Assembly: GCA_009774345.1 (NCBI GenBank) | Contig: VSNR01000002.1 | Coordinates: forward strand, 4,605-68,604 | Reading direction: 5' to 3' | Length of the DNA stretch: 64,000 nucleotides | From: Lachnospiraceae bacterium | GTDB lineage: Bacteria > Bacillota > Clostridia > Lachnospirales > Lachnospiraceae | Part shown: in pieces, positions 29,438 to 39,070 of the stretch | How the letters are laid out: every line of letters starts with the position of its first letter | Numbering within the stretch: the first letter of the stretch is position 1 | Translations under genes and position numbers: made by a program | The notes under the pieces: generated by a model | Seen by the model: the letters and a program-made list of their open reading frames with translations, nothing else | The model's database searches: none | What the model was told of the DNA's origin: nothing

Positions 29438-30127
29438 TTACAGACTTTTGAGAAACTGATACTTCATCTCCGCAATGTGCCAGTCCTCCAAAGTATCAAT
29501 ATCCTGCACATACCGTTCATCCTGAATCAAAGGCACCACATGCTCCATCCAGATCGCCTTCTGCTGCTGGAAACGCGCTGCATTCAGACAATAAAACTGT
29601 CCGCAGTCATGATAGAGCGGCTCTAAATCCTGTGAGCGCTTCGCCATATTCTCTGGCCACTTCGGCACGATCCTGCCATCCTTGATGACAACGCCCCTCT
29701 GCGGCGGGAAGGAGAACTTCACCACTGGTATCACGCAATCCGCCTGTTCCTGCTCTAAGAGCATCATCGCCGTCTTGATGGCACCCGCTGTCACAAACGG
29801 CGCGGTAGGATAGATGCAACACACGGTCTGGAACTTCATGCCGATGCGTTCATAGGACGCAAGCACCTCCAAAAGCACCTCCGCGGTCGTTGCATAGTCA
29901 TTCGAAGTCTGCTCACTTCTGAAAAAGGGGACTTTTGCCCCTGCACGTTTTGCCACCTGTGCAATCTCCTCATCATCGGTTGACACCATGACCTCATGAA
30001 ACAAATCCGCCTGTAGCGCCGCCTCAATGCTGTATTCCAGAATCGGTTTTCCCAAAAATGGTTTGATATTTTTTCTTGGTATCCGTTTGCTCCCGCCTCT
30101 GGCGGTAATGACTGCCACACTTTTCAT
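29438..30127 (-). CDS. pseF: Pseudaminic acid cytidylyltransferase
   Basis: ARGGSKRIPRKNIK, YPTAPF, RSQDLE, HDCGQFY, QDIDT. Confidence 0.92.
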   Translation of the reverse strand: MKSVAVITARGGSKRIPRKNIKPFLGKPILEYSIEAALQADLFHEVMVSTDDEEIAQVAKRAGAKVPFFRSEQTSNDYATTAEVLLEVLASYERIGMKFQTVCCIYPTAPFVTAGAIKTAMMLLEQEQADCVIPVVKFSFPPQRGVVIKDGRIVPKWPENMAKRSQDLEPLYHDCGQFYCLNAARFQQQKAIWMEHVVPLIQDERYVQDIDTLEDWHIAEMKYQFLKSL

Positions 30128-30155
30128 CGAACCCCTCCTGCGCCATCTGTATCCC

Positions 30156-31349
30156 TTATTTTTTATAATACGCTACGATCTTTTTGACTGCCATGATCAC
30201 ATCCTCCACATCCTGATCTGTCAGGGCGTAATAGATCGGCAGACTCATCATCTCCATATAGAGCTTCTCCGCATGAGGGCAGAGTCCCTTCTGATAGCCA
30301 AGCCGCTCATAATACGGATGCCAGTACACAGGAATATAGTGCACATTACAGCAGATATTCTCCGCAGCCATCGCCTCGAAAAAACCCCGACGGTCAATTG
30401 TCAGAAACTCCGGCCTGATGCGCAGTATGTAGAGATGCCTTGTCGTATCTGATTCTGGAATCTCCTGCTGTACAAAAAGCTGCGGAATCTGAGAAAAAGC
30501 CTCATCATACCGGCGGACAATCTCCCTGCGCCGCTTTGCAAACTGCGCAAGCTTGTCCATCTGGCTCAAAATCAGTGCACACTGAATATCTGTGATTCTG
30601 TAGTTGTATCCTAAGTCAATCTGTTCGTGATACCATGGCCCGTGGCTCTCATGTACATACTGCGCCGCATCCTTGGTGATGCCATGAGAACGGCTAAGCA
30701 GCAGTTTCTCGTACAAATCCTTCCGGTTGGTGAGCACTGCGCCACCCTCTCCGCCTGTCACGGTCTTGACAGGATGAAAGCTAAAGGTCGTCATATCCGC
30801 AATGCTGCCAACCGGTCTGCCCTTGTATTTCGTGCCAATGGAATGTGCGCCATCTTCAATGAGCACCAGACCCTTCTCATGACAGAGCGCCAGCAGTTCA
30901 TCCAGCGGCGCGGCCTGTCCTGTAAAATCGACTGCCACCACCGCTTTTGTTTTCTCTGAAAGCACCTTTTGGACACTCTTGGGATCGATATTGTACGTAT
31001 TGGGATTGATATCTGCAAAAACCGGTCTTGCCCCGCAGTACAGCGCACAGTTTGCAGACGCTGCAAAGGTGATGGGCGTTGTGACAAGCTCATCCCCCTC
31101 ACCGACGCCTGCCGCCATCGCCGCCATGTGGAGTGCCGCTGTCCCGTTGCTGCACGCGACGGCATAGGCTGCCCCTGTGAGCGCACAGAGCTTCTGCTCT
31201 AACGCTTCCACCTTGGGACCGCAGGTTAGATAGTCGCTGGTGAGCACTTCCTCCACCGCCTTCACATCGGCCTGATCGACAAACTGATGACCATAATATA
31301 GTTTTGTACCGCGGACTGGTGTGCCGCCTGCAATTGCTGGTTTCTCCAT
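30156..31349 (-). CDS. pseC: UDP-4-amino-4,6-dideoxy-N-acetyl-altrosamine transaminase
   Basis: YGHQ, LTCGP, SFHPVKTVTGGEGG, YNYRITDIQ, VHYIP. Confidence 0.92.
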   Translation of the reverse strand: MEKPAIAGGTPVRGTKLYYGHQFVDQADVKAVEEVLTSDYLTCGPKVEALEQKLCALTGAAYAVACSNGTAALHMAAMAAGVGEGDELVTTPITFAASANCALYCGARPVFADINPNTYNIDPKSVQKVLSEKTKAVVAVDFTGQAAPLDELLALCHEKGLVLIEDGAHSIGTKYKGRPVGSIADMTTFSFHPVKTVTGGEGGAVLTNRKDLYEKLLLSRSHGITKDAAQYVHESHGPWYHEQIDLGYNYRITDIQCALILSQMDKLAQFAKRRREIVRRYDEAFSQIPQLFVQQEIPESDTTRHLYILRIRPEFLTIDRRGFFEAMAAENICCNVHYIPVYWHPYYERLGYQKGLCPHAEKLYMEMMSLPIYYALTDQDVEDVIMAVKKIVAYYKK

Positions 31350-31370
31350 ACAAATCTCCTTATACCTGAT

Positions 31371-32366
31371 TTATTCATGCAAATCTGTCTTTAACAATTC
31401 CCTGATCTGCTCTACAGAGAGCCATTCCTTATTGTTTCCAGAAGAATAGTAGAAGCCCTCCTCTACCTTCCTGCCGCTTGGATTGGGACGCTTGGACTCC
31501 TGCCAGAACATCTGCGGATAAATGATAAAGTTTTTGTCGTACTCATACGTCGTCATCGAATCCTCCGGCGTAATCATCACCTCATGAAGCTTCTCGCCGG
31601 GACGGATGCCAACCTCAACCGTCTTCATGCCCGGCGCCATCGCCTCCGCCAGATCAGTAATCTTAAAGGAAGGAATCCTGCTGATAAAAGTCTCTCCGCC
31701 CTTTGCCTCCTCGAGCGCCTTAATCACAAGCTCCACGCCCTGTGTCAGGCTAATCCAGAAGCGCGTCATGCGGTAATCCGTGATCGGCAGCTCGCTTGCG
31801 CCCTCGTCGATCAGCTTCTGAAACAGTGGAATGATCGAACCGCGGCTCCCCGCCACATTGCCGTAGCGCACGATGGAAAAATTCAAGTCTTTCGTGCCGC
31901 AGTACGCATTGGCAGCAATAAACAACTTGTCCGATACTAGTTTCGTACCACCGTAAAGATTTACCGGATTGACTGCCTTGTCCGTCGAGAGTGCGACCAC
32001 CTTCTTGATGCCTGTGTTGAGCGCCGCATCAATGACATTCTGCGCGCCGTTCACATTGGTCTTGATCGCCTCGTTTGGATTGTACTCACACGCTGGCACC
32101 TGTTTGAGCGCCGCGGCGTGAATCACATAATCGACGCCCTCAAACGCGCGTTTCATGCGCTCATAGTCGCGCACATCGCCGATAAAGAACCGCAGCCGGT
32201 CCTTGTACTGCGCAAAGTCATTTGCCATCATCCACTGCTTGAACTCATCGCGCGAGTAGATAATGATCTTCTTCGGGTTGTAGTGTGTCAGCACATACTC
32301 TGTGAAGCATCTGCCAAAGGAGCCTGTGCCGCCTGTGATCAGTATCGTTTTATCATCTAAAATCAT
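31371..32366 (-). CDS. pseB: UDP-GlcNAc 4,6-dehydratase (inverting)
   Basis: TGGTGSFG, SRDEFKQ, HAAALKQVP, YGGTK, RYGNVAGSRGS, MTRFW. Confidence 0.94.
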   Translation of the reverse strand: MILDDKTILITGGTGSFGRCFTEYVLTHYNPKKIIIYSRDEFKQWMMANDFAQYKDRLRFFIGDVRDYERMKRAFEGVDYVIHAAALKQVPACEYNPNEAIKTNVNGAQNVIDAALNTGIKKVVALSTDKAVNPVNLYGGTKLVSDKLFIAANAYCGTKDLNFSIVRYGNVAGSRGSIIPLFQKLIDEGASELPITDYRMTRFWISLTQGVELVIKALEEAKGGETFISRIPSFKITDLAEAMAPGMKTVEVGIRPGEKLHEVMITPEDSMTTYEYDKNFIIYPQMFWQESKRPNPSGRKVEEGFYYSSGNNKEWLSVEQIRELLKTDLHE

Positions 32367-32443
32367 ATGAATCCCCCATTCTTGCCAAAGTCTGCGAATT
32401 TATCTCCAAAATACGATCAATTTTTTCTCGAAATCTCTTCCAA

Positions 32444-32472
32444 ATTCTACCATAATTTTCGCTGTTCGTCAA
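32444..32472 (-). promoter_or_regulatory. Sigma-A promoter of the pse operon; its -35 overlaps a TGACGAA (0A-box-like) heptamer
   Basis: TTGACG-17 nt-TAGAAT with an extended TGn. Confidence 0.75.
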
Positions 32473-32496
32473 AACATTAAAAGTCAGTCACCTCAT

Positions 32497-32535
32497 AAAT
32501 TATTCATCAAAATCATTCATCATGATTATTCATCA
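32497..32535. repeat. Three imperfect 13-bp tandem repeats upstream of the pse promoter
   Basis: aaattattcatca / aaatcattcatca / tgattattcatca; the last copy overlaps the stop of 32526..33884. Confidence 0.8.
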
Positions 32536-33884
32536 TAAGAAAGATTCGCTGTGACGCACTTTAAGATTTTATCATACACAATAATATTCCACCGTTTTCC
32601 CGGCTGGTAGCATTCCACCCCGTCAATCAAAATCTGGTGAGCGCCTCCCCGCTTTGACAACACCAGCTCCTGCGCGCCAATCTTCATGTGGCGGATTCCG
32701 TTCTCCTTCCAGATCAAATCCAGCGCAACACTACAGTCCTGATACACCCATTGCCGCACTCTGCTGCCATTTTTCGTGTCCGTCACAATGAGCACACTGT
32801 CGCTGTCCTCCTGCAAAAGCTCTATGCACTCCCGCGCTGTCGCTGCCGCCATATAGGGCTGAACTCCCTTGCGTTTACGATAAATACACGCCTCGTCCCA
32901 CGCATTCGGGCGGGCATCCTCCCTCCTGTCAGGCAGTTCATACGTTTCTTTTAAATAAGCCCCCAGATACCGTGTGACCTTCTGTGCCCCGAAATCATTG
33001 AGGTGCTGGGCATCTCTGAAATCAACTGCCATGTCCAGCGCAAGGCTCCCGTCACTGTACAGCTCATTAAAGTCCACAAATTGTACGCCAGATGCATCGG
33101 CAAGCGCTCTCACCGCCTCCGTCTCGTACCGGTGCCAGCCCTCCCGCGGTGATTTGAACAGCAAAAGCGCCACATTCTTCTCCTTGCAGAGCTGTACCAT
33201 CTCATTCAGACATGCAATATTTTCCTCCTCAAACCAAGCCGTCCCCTCAAAATTGTAATCTGTCAGATTCACAGGTGTCTCCGAGACTTCCTGCGTCTCC
33301 AGATATCCCTTTGTATAGTTTGTCTTGTCCTGCAAAAAATATGTATAGTCTGTCTTAGTAAGCTCTTTCCAGCGGTTATGATAGCGAAAGACCGGAAATA
33401 CATAAGAAAAATACTCCGCGTTCACCGCCCCGACCGATTCATAGATACACTGAAGCTTGTCCACCGAGAGCGGAAGATTGGTAAACCCCCAGCGAAGCGC
33501 CGTCTCCCTGCGATTGCTAAAACTGTCACTCGTCAGCATATTGATCTCAAGCGCCACCACCTTCGGCTGCTGTGTCCTCAGCGCCTCTTTCAGATACAGC
33601 ACAGAGATGTTCATCGGCTGTGACGAGCTGCCAAAATCATATGCCGCAATCCCGTACTCCTCATACAGCACCAGCGGGTCCACTGTGCAGAAGCTGTTGC
33701 TGCTGCCGATCACGACCAGATCAATATCATTCTTTTTCTCCGCATAAAACCCATCGACAATGGTCGTGGAATCCCCGATAAACTTCGCACAGATAATCTT
33801 GCTCATTCCGTCTAACACTGTACCGATAAACAGAAAAAAGACCACGATGCAGATTATCCTTGCAGCCACTCTTTTTCTTGACAT
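32526..33884 (-). CDS. SGNH-fold extracytoplasmic O-acyltransferase partner (AlgJ/DltD/PatB-like)
   Basis: N-terminal TM anchor, IGSSNS (GSS), DAQHLN (DxxH); follows the MBOAT gene. Confidence 0.78.
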   Translation of the reverse strand: MSRKRVAARIICIVVFFLFIGTVLDGMSKIICAKFIGDSTTIVDGFYAEKKNDIDLVVIGSSNSFCTVDPLVLYEEYGIAAYDFGSSSQPMNISVLYLKEALRTQQPKVVALEINMLTSDSFSNRRETALRWGFTNLPLSVDKLQCIYESVGAVNAEYFSYVFPVFRYHNRWKELTKTDYTYFLQDKTNYTKGYLETQEVSETPVNLTDYNFEGTAWFEEENIACLNEMVQLCKEKNVALLLFKSPREGWHRYETEAVRALADASGVQFVDFNELYSDGSLALDMAVDFRDAQHLNDFGAQKVTRYLGAYLKETYELPDRREDARPNAWDEACIYRKRKGVQPYMAAATARECIELLQEDSDSVLIVTDTKNGSRVRQWVYQDCSVALDLIWKENGIRHMKIGAQELVLSKRGGAHQILIDGVECYQPGKRWNIIVYDKILKCVTANLSYDE

Positions 33885-33905
33885 ACCAACTCTCCACTGT
33901 TCCTA

Positions 33906-35402
33906 TCAAAATTGAAAATAAATAAACTGCGACGCATCATACCCCTCGCCGTACACGCCAAACACGATCACCATCACCAAAAGCACTGCTACAATCACAT
34001 ACTGAATCGCCAGACACTGCTCCTTGACCAAGGCGTCAAACAGCATTTTTTTCTTGGCATAACAGGCATCTACGATGAGCAGCATCAAAATGCCCGCCAC
34101 GAGGACAGCCATCTCCTTCCGGTCCAGTCCCAGATAATAGACCGACCCATCAAAGAGCGACCAGACATCAAATGTCGTAAACAGACGTTGCAGATAGTAT
34201 ACCGCATCCGCCACTGTATCCGCCCGGAAGAACACCAGAGACAGCACAAACAAAACAAATGTGCACACGCCCTGACAAAACTGGTATCCAAACGACTTTG
34301 TGCGCACATGGAACAGCCCCGTGCACTTTGCCTTCACCGGTCTTACGATCTCCCCGATGACAATGTAGGCGCCCTGAATCGCCCCCCACACCACATAGTG
34401 CCAGCTTGCGCCATGCCACAGTCCGCTCACCATAAACGTGATCATATTGTTCAGATATTTTCTAGGACGCGCACATCTGCTGCCGCCGAGCGGTATGTAC
34501 AGGTAATCCCGAAACCATGAACTTAGCGACACATGCCAGCGTCTCCAGAACTCCCCGATGCTTCTCGAAAAAAACGGCGCCTCAAAATTTGTCATCAACT
34601 CGATGCCAAGCACCTTTGCCGCCCCCACCGCAATCACGGAATAGCTTGCAAAATCACAATAAATCTGCACGGCAAACAGCACTGCCGCACACGCGAGCGC
34701 CACGCCGCTGAACATATAGTAAATGTCATATACCTGATTCACCAGCACCGCTGCCCGGTCCGCGATGACCATCTTCATAAAAAATCCCCACAGCATCAAG
34801 AGAAGCCCTCTTGTCGCCTTGTCAAAACTCCATACCTTCTCAGCAGACGCCGTGTCAGAAATCTTTTGAAGCTGTTTTAACAGGTTTCCGCTCCGCTCGA
34901 TCGGTCCTGCGACAAGCTGCGGGAAAAACGACACAAACAGGGCATACCGCACAAAATTGCGCTCAGCCCTCACCGTCCCGCGATAGACATCAATCGTGTA
35001 GCCGACTGCCTGAAACGTGTAGAACGAAATGCCGACCGGCAGAATAATATCCAGTTTGGACGCAGGCACCTTCGCGCCAAAAACAGCAGCGATGGAAGCG
35101 AAGGTGTCATGCAGGAAGTAAAAGTATTTGAAAAACACGAGAATGGCGAAATTGAGCACAATCCCCGCTGCCAAGACCAACTTTTGTCTTGTCTGTGTCC
35201 CACACCGTTCCAGCAAGCGCGCACACAGATATGTAATGATGGTGGACGCCAAAATTAACACCGCATACTTTGCGTTCCAGCCCATATAAAAATAATAGCT
35301 TGCAGCCAGCAGCCACGGCTGTTTCAGCTTTCTTGGCATCGCATAAAACAGCAGCACCACCACCGGAAAAAAGATCAAAAACTCAAAAGATGTAAACTGC
35401 AT
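33906..35402 (-). CDS. MBOAT O-acyltransferase (AlgI/DltB/PatA-like)
   Basis: PVGISFYTFQ, FFPQLVAGPIER, FWRRWHVSLS, SGLWHGA, FIYFQF. Confidence 0.93.
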   Translation of the reverse strand: MQFTSFEFLIFFPVVVLLFYAMPRKLKQPWLLAASYYFYMGWNAKYAVLILASTIITYLCARLLERCGTQTRQKLVLAAGIVLNFAILVFFKYFYFLHDTFASIAAVFGAKVPASKLDIILPVGISFYTFQAVGYTIDVYRGTVRAERNFVRYALFVSFFPQLVAGPIERSGNLLKQLQKISDTASAEKVWSFDKATRGLLLMLWGFFMKMVIADRAAVLVNQVYDIYYMFSGVALACAAVLFAVQIYCDFASYSVIAVGAAKVLGIELMTNFEAPFFSRSIGEFWRRWHVSLSSWFRDYLYIPLGGSRCARPRKYLNNMITFMVSGLWHGASWHYVVWGAIQGAYIVIGEIVRPVKAKCTGLFHVRTKSFGYQFCQGVCTFVLFVLSLVFFRADTVADAVYYLQRLFTTFDVWSLFDGSVYYLGLDRKEMAVLVAGILMLLIVDACYAKKKMLFDALVKEQCLAIQYVIVAVLLVMVIVFGVYGEGYDASQFIYFQF

Positions 35403-35415
35403 TGTACTTTATACC

Positions 35416-36456
35416 TTATTCCTCACCGCTCTTGGGACTGCGGCGTAATCTGTTTCTGTAAAAGGTGAGAAGCTGAAAATAAATCTTGAATTTGAACGGC
35501 GACTCAAGATGCATCGCCGCAAGCCGTTTCTGCTCCTCATCAAACGCATTTTGATAATAAATATTGTCCTGAAAATCAGGAAATTCCTGCTTGATTCCCT
35601 CCGCGAGACTTTTTAGGAACTTTAATTTGGGCTTTCTCACGCCAAGCATATACGTAAATAATGTGTTCATATAATAAAGCTTTGAGAACGCAAACTCAAA
35701 CTCCTGTCTGTACGGTTTGTAGATGCCGCACCGGCGCGCCTCCTCGATCAGCTTCTTCCCCATCAGCAGCCTCGCCTCACACTTTTCCTGACTGATCGCA
35801 TGAACCGTGGACAGATCGTGCTGATAATAATAGTACAGCGGTTCCTCCACCTTCTCAAAATGCGTAAAATGCAGCATCCAGATCGGGGAAGCGCAGTTGT
35901 CCTCATAGAAGGTCCGCTCAGGAAACCGCAGCCCATACGTATCAATCACCGCTTTTTGGTAGATTTTGATCACCATGCTGCCGGGATTCATGACAAGCTT
36001 TTTGTACTGCTCATGGCCGAGCATGCCCGTCTGGTCGATGGTGTTATTCGGCATCAGCTTACCGACCGTCATCGTGTGGGTGTCCGCCATACAGTAGTCG
36101 CACCCGACGACATCTGCCCCGGTTTTCTCCGCCTTTTTGATGAGCTTCTCGTACATATCCGGCGCCACCCAGTCGTCAGAATCCACAAAACCGACCCACG
36201 TGCCGCGCGCAATGTCAAGTCCCTTATTGCGGGCGCCGCCCTGCTTCAAATTCTCATAGGACTGTACAACCTTGAACTTCCATGGATAGTTTGACTCGTA
36301 CTCCCTCAGAATCTCCAGAGACTCGTCGGTCGAGGCATCATCCACCGCGATAATCTCATAGTCTGCAATCGTCTGCTGTACCAAGGAGTCCAGACAAAAC
36401 CGAAGTTTATTGTCAGCCGCCATATTATATACTGGAACGATGATACTAAGCTTCAT
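35416..36456 (-). CDS. GT2 family glycosyltransferase
   Basis: SIIVPVYN, DDASTD, ARNKG, FVDSDD, YED. Confidence 0.9.
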   Translation of the reverse strand: MKLSIIVPVYNMAADNKLRFCLDSLVQQTIADYEIIAVDDASTDESLEILREYESNYPWKFKVVQSYENLKQGGARNKGLDIARGTWVGFVDSDDWVAPDMYEKLIKKAEKTGADVVGCDYCMADTHTMTVGKLMPNNTIDQTGMLGHEQYKKLVMNPGSMVIKIYQKAVIDTYGLRFPERTFYEDNCASPIWMLHFTHFEKVEEPLYYYYQHDLSTVHAISQEKCEARLLMGKKLIEEARRCGIYKPYRQEFEFAFSKLYYMNTLFTYMLGVRKPKLKFLKSLAEGIKQEFPDFQDNIYYQNAFDEEQKRLAAMHLESPFKFKIYFQLLTFYRNRLRRSPKSGEE

Positions 36457-36492
36457 CCCATCTCACCACCTTCCCAACAATCCCAAAACCGC

Positions 36493-38232
36493 TTAACGCT
36501 CTTTCACGATCTTTCCGTTTTCCACCCTGAATACCATATCGCACTTTTCGATTGTCTGTAGACGGTGCGCTATGATAACAAGTGTTTTTTTGCCGTGTAA
36601 TCTGTTGATCGACTCCATGATTGCCGCCTCTGTGTCATTGTCGAGTGCCGAAGTCGCCTCGTCAAGAATCAACACCTCCGGATCATGATACAGTGCCCGC
36701 GCAATCCCGATACGCTGCCGCTGCCCGCCCGAAAGCCGGATACCGCGCTCTCCGATGCCTGTGTGAACACCGTCCGGCAGCGTTTTCACAAACGCGTCAA
36801 GCTGTGCCTCCTTCAGTGCATGCCACAGCTTTTCCTCGTCAATCTCCTCCTCCGGGATACCGAAGGCAACATTTTTTCGGATATCGGCATCCAGCAGAAA
36901 AATCATCTGCGGGATATATCCTACATTGGCAAGCCACTCGCGGTAGTGCTCCTGAATATCCACCTCGTCCGCCAGCACCTTGCCGCCCTGCAATTTCAGC
37001 AGTCCCAGCAAAATATCAATGATTGTCGTCTTTCCGGCACCGCTTGCGCCCACCACACCGATTGATTTGCCAATCGGAAAGGAGACTGTCGCATGGTCAA
37101 AAATCAGCTTGTCCGAATTGGGATAGTGATAGGTGATATCGGACAGCCTGACCTCCCGCGTGACCGGGAGTTTCTCCTTTGCGACAACCGCATAGGAAAT
37201 ATCTGTGTGTGCCTCGTCCGTCTCCTCGACAAGATTGTCACTCACGTTAAAGAAAAACGGCTCATTGAACGCCATACTGGTAATCTGGTTATTGATGCGG
37301 CTCGCCGCGGGCAATAGACGCATCGCCGCGATGCCAAACGCCGCAAACAGCGACACCATGCTGGAAACGTCCGCCCCTGACAAAATCAGCGCCATGATAT
37401 AGCCCAAAAGCCCCGCCATGCACACCGTCTCGATCAGAAGTTTCGGTGAGTTGTTAAACAGGCTGAACCGCTCCATCGCCCTCACATATCCTTCGCCCAC
37501 CTTGCAGTACTCGCCGATAAAATACTGTTCACGCCCTGCGACCTTGATCTCCTTGATGCCCTGCACTGTCTGGGAAATCCACGCAAACATCGACGCGCCG
37601 AAATCCTGATTCTCTTTCCCGGTGCGGTTCATGATCGGCTTCACGATCTTTTTGATCACAATGAGCGTCGCAACCAACAGCACTGCGATGATCACCGTCA
37701 TCAGCGGGTCCTGCATCGCGAGCGCAATCACCAGAAAGACCGCGACAATCATCTCCGAGGCAATCTGCAATACCGCCATAATCAGCGCGTACATATTGCT
37801 GACATCCGCTGTGATGCTGCGCTGGATAACTGCCGTCTCCGCGTCGAGATAATATTCATACTCGCGCCGCACAAAATTTTTCATCAGGCTCGATGCCGTC
37901 TTGAACTGGTTGCTGTACACAAACCGGTACAGACTCCTCTGAAACAAAAACTGAAAGCTGTTCTTCGCAATATATAACACGATCAAAAACAAAATGGCAG
38001 CCACAGAAAACTGTACGGTATTCTGTAGATTCAGGATGCTGCTGATTCTCTGATACGTCTCCCCCTGCTCTAGCGCCACGGGGTCTAAGATGAGCTGCAC
38101 CACTGCCATCACCATCATCACCGCCCCAGTCTCAAGCCCCGCCGATACAAGCATCATCACAAACAGGCGCGCCATGGCAGTTTTTTGTTTTTTGTCCATT
38201 AATATATTGATCTTTTTGATTATTTTCAGCAT
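36493..38232 (-). CDS. ABC exporter (TMD+NBD), PglK/Wzk-like lipid-linked oligosaccharide flippase
   Basis: N-terminal TM domain; GASGAGKT, YIPQ, LSGGQRQR, DEATSALD, IAHRL; glycan-locus context. Confidence 0.82.
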   Translation of the reverse strand: MLKIIKKINILMDKKQKTAMARLFVMMLVSAGLETGAVMMVMAVVQLILDPVALEQGETYQRISSILNLQNTVQFSVAAILFLIVLYIAKNSFQFLFQRSLYRFVYSNQFKTASSLMKNFVRREYEYYLDAETAVIQRSITADVSNMYALIMAVLQIASEMIVAVFLVIALAMQDPLMTVIIAVLLVATLIVIKKIVKPIMNRTGKENQDFGASMFAWISQTVQGIKEIKVAGREQYFIGEYCKVGEGYVRAMERFSLFNNSPKLLIETVCMAGLLGYIMALILSGADVSSMVSLFAAFGIAAMRLLPAASRINNQITSMAFNEPFFFNVSDNLVEETDEAHTDISYAVVAKEKLPVTREVRLSDITYHYPNSDKLIFDHATVSFPIGKSIGVVGASGAGKTTIIDILLGLLKLQGGKVLADEVDIQEHYREWLANVGYIPQMIFLLDADIRKNVAFGIPEEEIDEEKLWHALKEAQLDAFVKTLPDGVHTGIGERGIRLSGGQRQRIGIARALYHDPEVLILDEATSALDNDTEAAIMESINRLHGKKTLVIIAHRLQTIEKCDMVFRVENGKIVKER

Positions 38233-38281
38233 CTTTTTATCCTTGTCGTCCTCCCGTATTCCTATATGCTATATTCCACTT

Positions 38282-39070
38282 TTATTCACATTTTACCCGC
38301 CCATCAACCGCTCTGCACCAAAAGTCTTCTTCATAATATTCTAATAAAAACAATGGTACAGAATTTAAAATACAGAGCAAATGCCCATTGTTGATATAAT
38401 TTTGCTTCTGATAAAAATATAATCTCTCCTGATTTAGGTCATGAATAAAATATTCATATGTACATGAACTGCGAAATATAGCCAGCATACTCGCCCTTTT
38501 CTAGCTTGCAGCACATGCCGTAAGCCACAGTTCTTCATTCATACAGTTGTAGTGCGCAAACGCTGAATCCACGCTAAAACTCTGCTTGTATCTGGCAACC
38601 TCATCCAGTGGAATATAGAGATTCCTATAATCCCTTGTCACTGTGTCAATCTCCTTGATAGACTCAATCATAGGATATGACACATACAGTTTTCCAAGTT
38701 CAGTCTCATTATTGAAAGTCTCTAACATTTCACCCAGAATATCCCGGTTTGCATATTCCTTAGGTATATTATCATTATGCCCATCATAATCAAAGAAAAG
38801 ATAAATTTCTGAAAAATCGCTTGCCCGGAAATCCTCTAAACGCGCTTTTGCAATCACACTCATTTCTTTGAGTACATCGACAACATTTGTCTCAAACTCA
38901 TCTTTTTTTAATCTAGTCCACAGCATATAAATATTCCCGTCCGCAGGACAATTCAGTATAGAAATATCCGCTGCCGAAGAGAAGAATACCCGAACCAGAT
39001 TCTTCAGCAAGGCTTCTTCTGCTTTTACTCCTTCATATATAAAGAGAATCTTTTTCTTTTTATTGTCCAT
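38282..39070 (-). pseudogene. RloB/TOPRIM-like protein interrupted by an in-frame TAG at 38501-38503
   Basis: FIYEGVKAE, LFFDYD, SYPMIE; the frame continues ACAAS*KRASMLAIF...PLFLLEYY, joining ORFs 38501..39070 and 38282..38488 (262 aa if read through). Confidence 0.7.

Noticed and set aside
25415..32366. Pse pathway as flagellin glycosylation because flagellar genes are in the window
   Set aside because: No flagellin, Maf or TPR-GT gene is here, flgG/flgJ are about 30 kb away, and the context is lipid-linked polysaccharide synthesis. Use in trans cannot be excluded.
32497..32535. CRISPR-like array
   Set aside because: 13-bp contiguous repeats with no spacers and no cas genes.
38501..38503. 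Pyrrolysine recoding of the amber codon
   Set aside because: No pyl genes are in the window and TAG terminates other genes here; a nonsense mutation is simpler.
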